Shown here: in pieces, positions 60,162 through 64,000 of the stretch | Layout: each line of letters starts with the position of its first letter | Numbering within the stretch: position 1 is the stretch's first letter | Origin: Polyangium spumosum | GTDB lineage: Bacteria; Myxococcota_A; Polyangia; Polyangiales; Polyangiaceae | NCBI RefSeq assembly: GCF_009649845.1 | Contig: NZ_WJIE01000009.1 | Coordinates: forward strand, 96,685-160,684 | Length of the DNA stretch: 64,000 nucleotides | Direction of reading: 5' to 3' | The notes under the pieces: generated by a model | The model's input: the letters and a program-made list of their open reading frames with translations, nothing else | What the model was told of the DNA's origin: nothing | Databases searched by the model: none | Program-made: the position numbers and the translations under genes

Positions 60162-61854
60162 TCAAGGGGCCCGCCGCGGCAACTGCACCACGAAGGTCGC
60201 GCCGGGGCCCTCCGTGCTCTCGACCCAGATGGCCCCGTCGTGCGCCATGACGATCTGGTGGGCAATGAAGAGGCCGAGCCCGAGACCGCCGTAATGCTCG
60301 GAGGGGACGGCCCGCTCGAATTTGCTGAAGATCCGGGCGCGCGCCTCCTCGGGGATGCCGATGCCATGATCACGCACGACGAGGCGCGCCGTGTGAGCGT
60401 CGGCGGACAGGTCGACGTCGACGGGCTTGCCCCTGCCGTATTTGAGCGCGTTCGAGACCAGGTTCGTCACCACCTGCTCGACACGAAGCGCGTCCCACTG
60501 GCCCGTCACGGGCCCCTCGCACGTGAAGTGAAACGTGCTGCCGACGCGGGCCGCGTCCGGCTCGAGGCGCTCGAGCACCACGCGGACGATCTGCGCGAGA
60601 TCGACCTCCTCGCGCCGCAACGAGAGGCGGCCGAGCGTGATGCGTGACACGTCGAGCAGGTTCTCGATCAAGGCCTCCAGGCGCTCGGTATGGCGCTCGA
60701 GGGCCTGCTGCTTCTGGACGAGCCGCGCGTCCGGAGACGCCGCCTTGTGCAGCGCGACGCGCAGGCTGCCGAGCTGGAGCTTCAGGCTCGTGAGCGGCGT
60801 TCGGAGCTCGTGCGAGGCGATGGCCAGGAAGTCGTCGCGCGCGCGGACCGCGGCGCGTTGCTCCTCGAGCGCCGCGTCTCGCGCGCTCTCCGCGTGTTTG
60901 CGCTCGGTGATGTCGAGGACCACGGCGCCGACGCCATAAAGCTCGCCCGACCGCGCTCGCACCGCATAAAAGCTCGCAAGCCAATGACGCCGCTGTTCCG
61001 GGGGGGTCGCCGCCGTTCGTCCCGAGGCCTCGATGTCGCGGGCGGGCTCTCCTGTCGTGAGCACGCGCCTGAGCACGGGCTCGAGCTCCACGCCGACGTC
61101 CGGCACGACCTCCGAGGGCGTGCGGCCGAGGTGCGCCTCCACGGGCAGCCCGTTCATCGCGGCCAGCGCCTCGTTCATTCGCACGTATCGCAGGGCGGTG
61201 TCCAGGAACGCGAGGCCGACCGGGGCTCGCGTGAACAACGCGTCGAGCAACGCGCCTGCCTTGCGCGCCTCCTCGGACGCGCGCTCGGCGACCTCTCGGG
61301 CGTGCCGCTCGGCCTCCTCGGCGCGCTTGCGGGCCGTGATGTCCATGAAGAACCCCTCGATCGCGATGAGCTCCCCGTTGGGCCCGAAGACACCGACGCC
61401 CCGCTCCCAGATCCATTTCTCCTCGCCGGATCGGGTCCGCAGGCGCCAGTCGACCTCGAAGGGCCTGCGCGCCTCGAGGGCGGTTTGCACCTCGTTCCAG
61501 GTCCGGTCGAGATCGTCTGGATGATAGAGCGAAGCGAAGGTGACCTCCCGCGTCTCGACGAAGGCCTCCGGCGGGTAGCCGGTGAGCTCGCGGATGCCCT
61601 CGCTCACCGATATCACGGTCCAGTCGTGATCGTTTTTGCATCGATAAGCCGCGCCTGGCAGGGTGCTCATGAGGGTCGAGACCACGCGCTCCGTGGCCGC
61701 GCGCGCGGCGAGGCACCGGCGCAGGCGCGTGGCCAGGAGCACGCAGAGCGACACGGCCAGGAGGATGGCAAAAAGCAGCCCGACGAGCACGCTCGGGTGG
61801 ACCGCCGCGCTGCACGGGGTTTGCCAGGTGGACAGGCCGCCCACGGTGGGGCGT
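60162..61854 (-). CDS. PAS-domain sensor histidine kinase (start tentatively GTG at 61854)
   Basis: N-terminal TM helix, PAS-like repeats, H-box (ASHELRTPLTSLKLQLGSL), HATPase_c motifs (NLVSNALKYGRG..., RDHGIGIPEE..., GGLGLGLFIAHQI). Confidence 0.85.
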
Positions 61855-61917
61855 GGGTGTGCAAGCGCCGGACCGTGATCGGGGAGGGAGGCGCCGCCCG
61901 CGGAGGGCGGGCATCGA

Positions 61918-63168
61918 TCACTTCTTCTTTTTCTTCTTTTTCCTCGGGGGAGGCGGAGGCCGCGTCTTTCCCGGCGCGGCGGGGACCCAGGGCGCGGCCC
62001 GATCGATCGGGCGGGGCGTATCGACGGGTAATGCCTTTTCGCCGGCGCGTTTGACCGTGAACGACGAATAAACGACGTTGTACATGTGGGCGCCGCCGAA
62101 ATTCGAGAGGTCACCGACGGCCGCGACGCCGATCGGAATGCAGAAGAGGCTGCGGCGCTCGTCGTCGAGCTCGCTGTAGGGGATGAAGTTGCCCTTGTCG
62201 TCGCGCACGCCGCGCGTGTAGCCGCCGCCGCCGCCTTGCGACATCCCGTCCTCGATCGCCTGGGCGAGCTGCAAGATGATCTCGTTCGCGCAGATGGGCT
62301 TGATGATGCCCCTCTCCTTGGTCCCGGCCGGATACTGGACCTTCGACTCGATCTTCACGACGACGGTGACGCCCTGTTTGTCCGCGCCCATTTGCAAGGA
62401 CCGCGCGGCGAGCTTGCCCTTCACGGATTCGGCGATGCCGGCCCAGCGGCTCGCGTCGCTGTCGTTGGTGCTGACGAGGCGCACGCCCTCGACCTTGCCT
62501 TGCCCGTCGAGCTTGACCTCGAACGTGGCGCGGGCGTCCTTGACGGCGGAGCCGCGGACGGCGTCGGCGAGGGTGGAGGAGACCACGCCGGCCGCGGGGA
62601 CGTCGATGCCGGTGGATTTGTCCTTGTTGTGGAGGGTGCCGGAGAGGACGCGGCTCGCGACGTCGGATTCGACGGGGCGCGGCGCCTCGATGGTGGTGGG
62701 CGCGGGCCGCGCCGCCGGCGCGCCGGGCACGACGCCCGGGACGGCCCAGACGGGCGTGGACAAACCGGGCAGCGCACCCACGACGGGGGACGGCGGGGGC
62801 GCGCCGCCATATTCGTCCACGGGAGGGCTCGGCGTCGCGGGGGTGGGTTCGGGCGCGGGTTCGGGCGCCGGTTCGGGCGCGGCAGCCGCAGCGGCAGCGG
62901 GCGCGGCAGCGGCAGCGGCAGCAGGAGCGGGCGCGGAAGCGGCAGCAGGAGCGGATTCGGCAGCGGGAGCGGGCGCCGGCGCTTGCGTCACCGTGCCGGG
63001 CGGGCCTTCCGTCTCGATATCGACCGTCGTATCCGCAGGCGGCTCGACGCGGGGCGGGAGGAGCTCGAGCTCCGGCGTGGGCCTCTTCGGGGCGACGGCG
63101 AGGAAAAGCACGTGCGCGGCGAGCGCGACGGCGACCGCCCCGAGTTCGCGCCCCCGTTCCTTCACCAC
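61918..63168 (-). CDS. membrane protein with Pro/Ala-rich linker, C-terminal globular domain and poly-lysine tail (…PPPPRKKKKKKK)
   Basis: N-terminal TM (LGAVAVALAAHVLFLAV). (PEPA/AAAAA)n linker. About 250-aa C-terminal domain. Ends in K7 encoded by an AAG/AAA homopurine tract at 61921-61950. TonB-like topology, but the C-terminal domain is not recognisably TonB. Confidence 0.65.
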   Translation of the reverse strand: MVKERGRELGAVAVALAAHVLFLAVAPKRPTPELELLPPRVEPPADTTVDIETEGPPGTVTQAPAPAPAAESAPAAASAPAPAAAAAAAPAAAAAAAPEPAPEPAPEPTPATPSPPVDEYGGAPPPSPVVGALPGLSTPVWAVPGVVPGAPAARPAPTTIEAPRPVESDVASRVLSGTLHNKDKSTGIDVPAAGVVSSTLADAVRGSAVKDARATFEVKLDGQGKVEGVRLVSTNDSDASRWAGIAESVKGKLAARSLQMGADKQGVTVVVKIESKVQYPAGTKERGIIKPICANEIILQLAQAIEDGMSQGGGGGYTRGVRDDKGNFIPYSELDDERRSLFCIPIGVAAVGDLSNFGGAHMYNVVYSSFTVKRAGEKALPVDTPRPIDRAAPWVPAAPGKTRPPPPPRKKKKKKK

Positions 63169-63205
63169 AGGCCGAGGCTAGCACGAGCGCCGGCCCTCGG
63201 GCACC

Positions 63206-64000
63206 TCACAGCGTGATGTAAAAGAATGCGATACACATCTCGTCCTCGGTCCCTTCGCCCTGGGTCGTCACCGTGTCGCGGCCCGTCGTGTCGTAACCGC
63301 AGGTGATCCGGGTCGTGCTGCCGCCCTTCACCTTCGGGGGCGTCTCGTACATCGAGAACGATTGCCAGTGGAAATCCCAGTTGCTCACCTCGACCAGGCA
63401 TTGCTTCTGCCCATCGAGCTCGTTCTCCACGTACATCGTCTTGCCCGCCCCGTGCATGTGCGGCGCCACGCCCCACACGGTCACCTCGGGGATCTGCGCC
63501 GGGATCGTCTCCTCGTTCGTCACGGCCGTCATCGGCTGCCCCGGCGGCAGGTTGATCCCGTTCGCCGCGACGCGCTGGATGCTCGCCTCCTTGTCGACCG
63601 AATCGGCGACGACGGTCGCGATACGCGTCTGGTCGGGGAACGCGCCGCCCGCGAGGTTGTAATGGACCTGCACGACCATCTTGCGCCCGCCCGGCAGCCT
63701 CAAGCCCGTGCCCGCGGGGTAACGCGTCGGCCCGCCGCCCGGGGCCCAGCCCACGACGAACCGCGAGGCCGAGACGCCCGAGCCACCATAACACGTATAC
63801 CCCGGGCCCGGCTCGGCGGCGTCGAGCGCTTCGGCCTGCGCCTCGGCCTCGGCCGTATCGAGCGCGAACGCGATCACGTGGTGGACGACACGAGGATCCC
63901 CCGGGAGGACCTCGTAAGCCGTGAGGAACTTGTCCGTGGGGATCCCCGGATCGACCACGAAGCAACGATAATCGTCGATCTTCGACCCGTCGGGCGTGTA
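63206..64000 (-). CDS. copper type II ascorbate-dependent monooxygenase-like (PHM/DBH-like) protein, 5' end outside window
   Basis: HH (VVHHVIAF) ... and H-x-H...M (APHMHGAGKTMYVENELDG...) arrangement resembles the CuH/CuM sites of the Cu2_monooxygenase fold. The upstream part of the gene extends past coordinate 64000. Confidence 0.45.
   Translation of the reverse strand, partial: YTPDGSKIDDYRCFVVDPGIPTDKFLTAYEVLPGDPRVVHHVIAFALDTAEAEAQAEALDAAEPGPGYTCYGGSGVSASRFVVGWAPGGGPTRYPAGTGLRLPGGRKMVVQVHYNLAGGAFPDQTRIATVVADSVDKEASIQRVAANGINLPPGQPMTAVTNEETIPAQIPEVTVWGVAPHMHGAGKTMYVENELDGQKQCLVEVSNWDFHWQSFSMYETPPKVKGGSTTRITCGYDTTGRDTVTTQGEGTEDEMCIAFFYITL

Noticed and set aside
57211-60373. Minus ORFs 57211..58110 and 58241..60373; + ORF 58484..60151 upstream part
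   Set aside because: Antisense or off-frame of the hydrolase / 215-aa / lipoprotein operon. The lipoprotein start was reassigned to the GTG at 58778.
60370-61914. 514-aa minus ORF and the N-terminal 87 codons of ORF 60162..62114
   Set aside because: Off-frame of the histidine kinase. The tracked kinase N-terminus is the reverse read of the poly-Lys tract of the neighbouring gene.
62086-63216. 376-aa + ORF and 62111..63184 minus ORF
   Set aside because: Antisense or off-frame of the Pro/Ala-rich membrane protein gene.

Overview
High-GC (roughly 70%) bacterial chromosome segment with Myxococcota-like gene content (MopE-type Cys-rich repeats, MJ0042 zinc-ribbon/TPR proteins, FG-GAP and PEGA-like lipoproteins). 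The centrepiece is a type VI secretion locus. An eleven-gene core operon tssJ-tssK-tssL-tssM-tssA-tssB-tssC-hcp-tssE-tssF-tssG (15457-29324, + strand) has no tssH/clpV, fha or vgrG inside it, and is followed 54 nt downstream by an unusual 1237-aa Lys/Glu/Ala-rich helical protein whose 3' third is built from perfect 24-bp tandem repeats. After a small arsR-cadI/arsI-like metal-resistance pair, a vgrG gene lies on the opposite strand, followed on that strand by a MORN(YwqK)-repeat protein and a DUF4280 (PAAR-like) protein. Diverging from this vgrG module is a second minus-strand block: a SAM methyltransferase, a 1675-aa putative polymorphic toxin (lysozyme-like N-terminus, EF-hand-like loop, hydrophobic beta-rich C-terminus, atypical Lys-rich composition) and a 260-aa candidate immunity/adaptor gene. 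Flanking accessory content includes a 1980-aa lipoprotein carrying about 30 tandem MopE-like Cys-rich metal-binding modules, a 13-copy 21-22-bp minisatellite in the AraC/T6SS upstream intergenic region, and a zinc-ribbon/TM/TPR protein with about 14 'FGEIDLPxP' linear motifs next to a 1624-aa TPR protein. Also present are a PAS histidine kinase, an M28 peptidase, several lipoproteins, and a membrane protein ending in a poly-lysine tail. Many long ORFs in the six-frame track are Arg/Gly-rich antisense or off-frame artefacts typical of high-GC DNA and were rejected. All functional calls rest on remembered family motifs, not on database searches.
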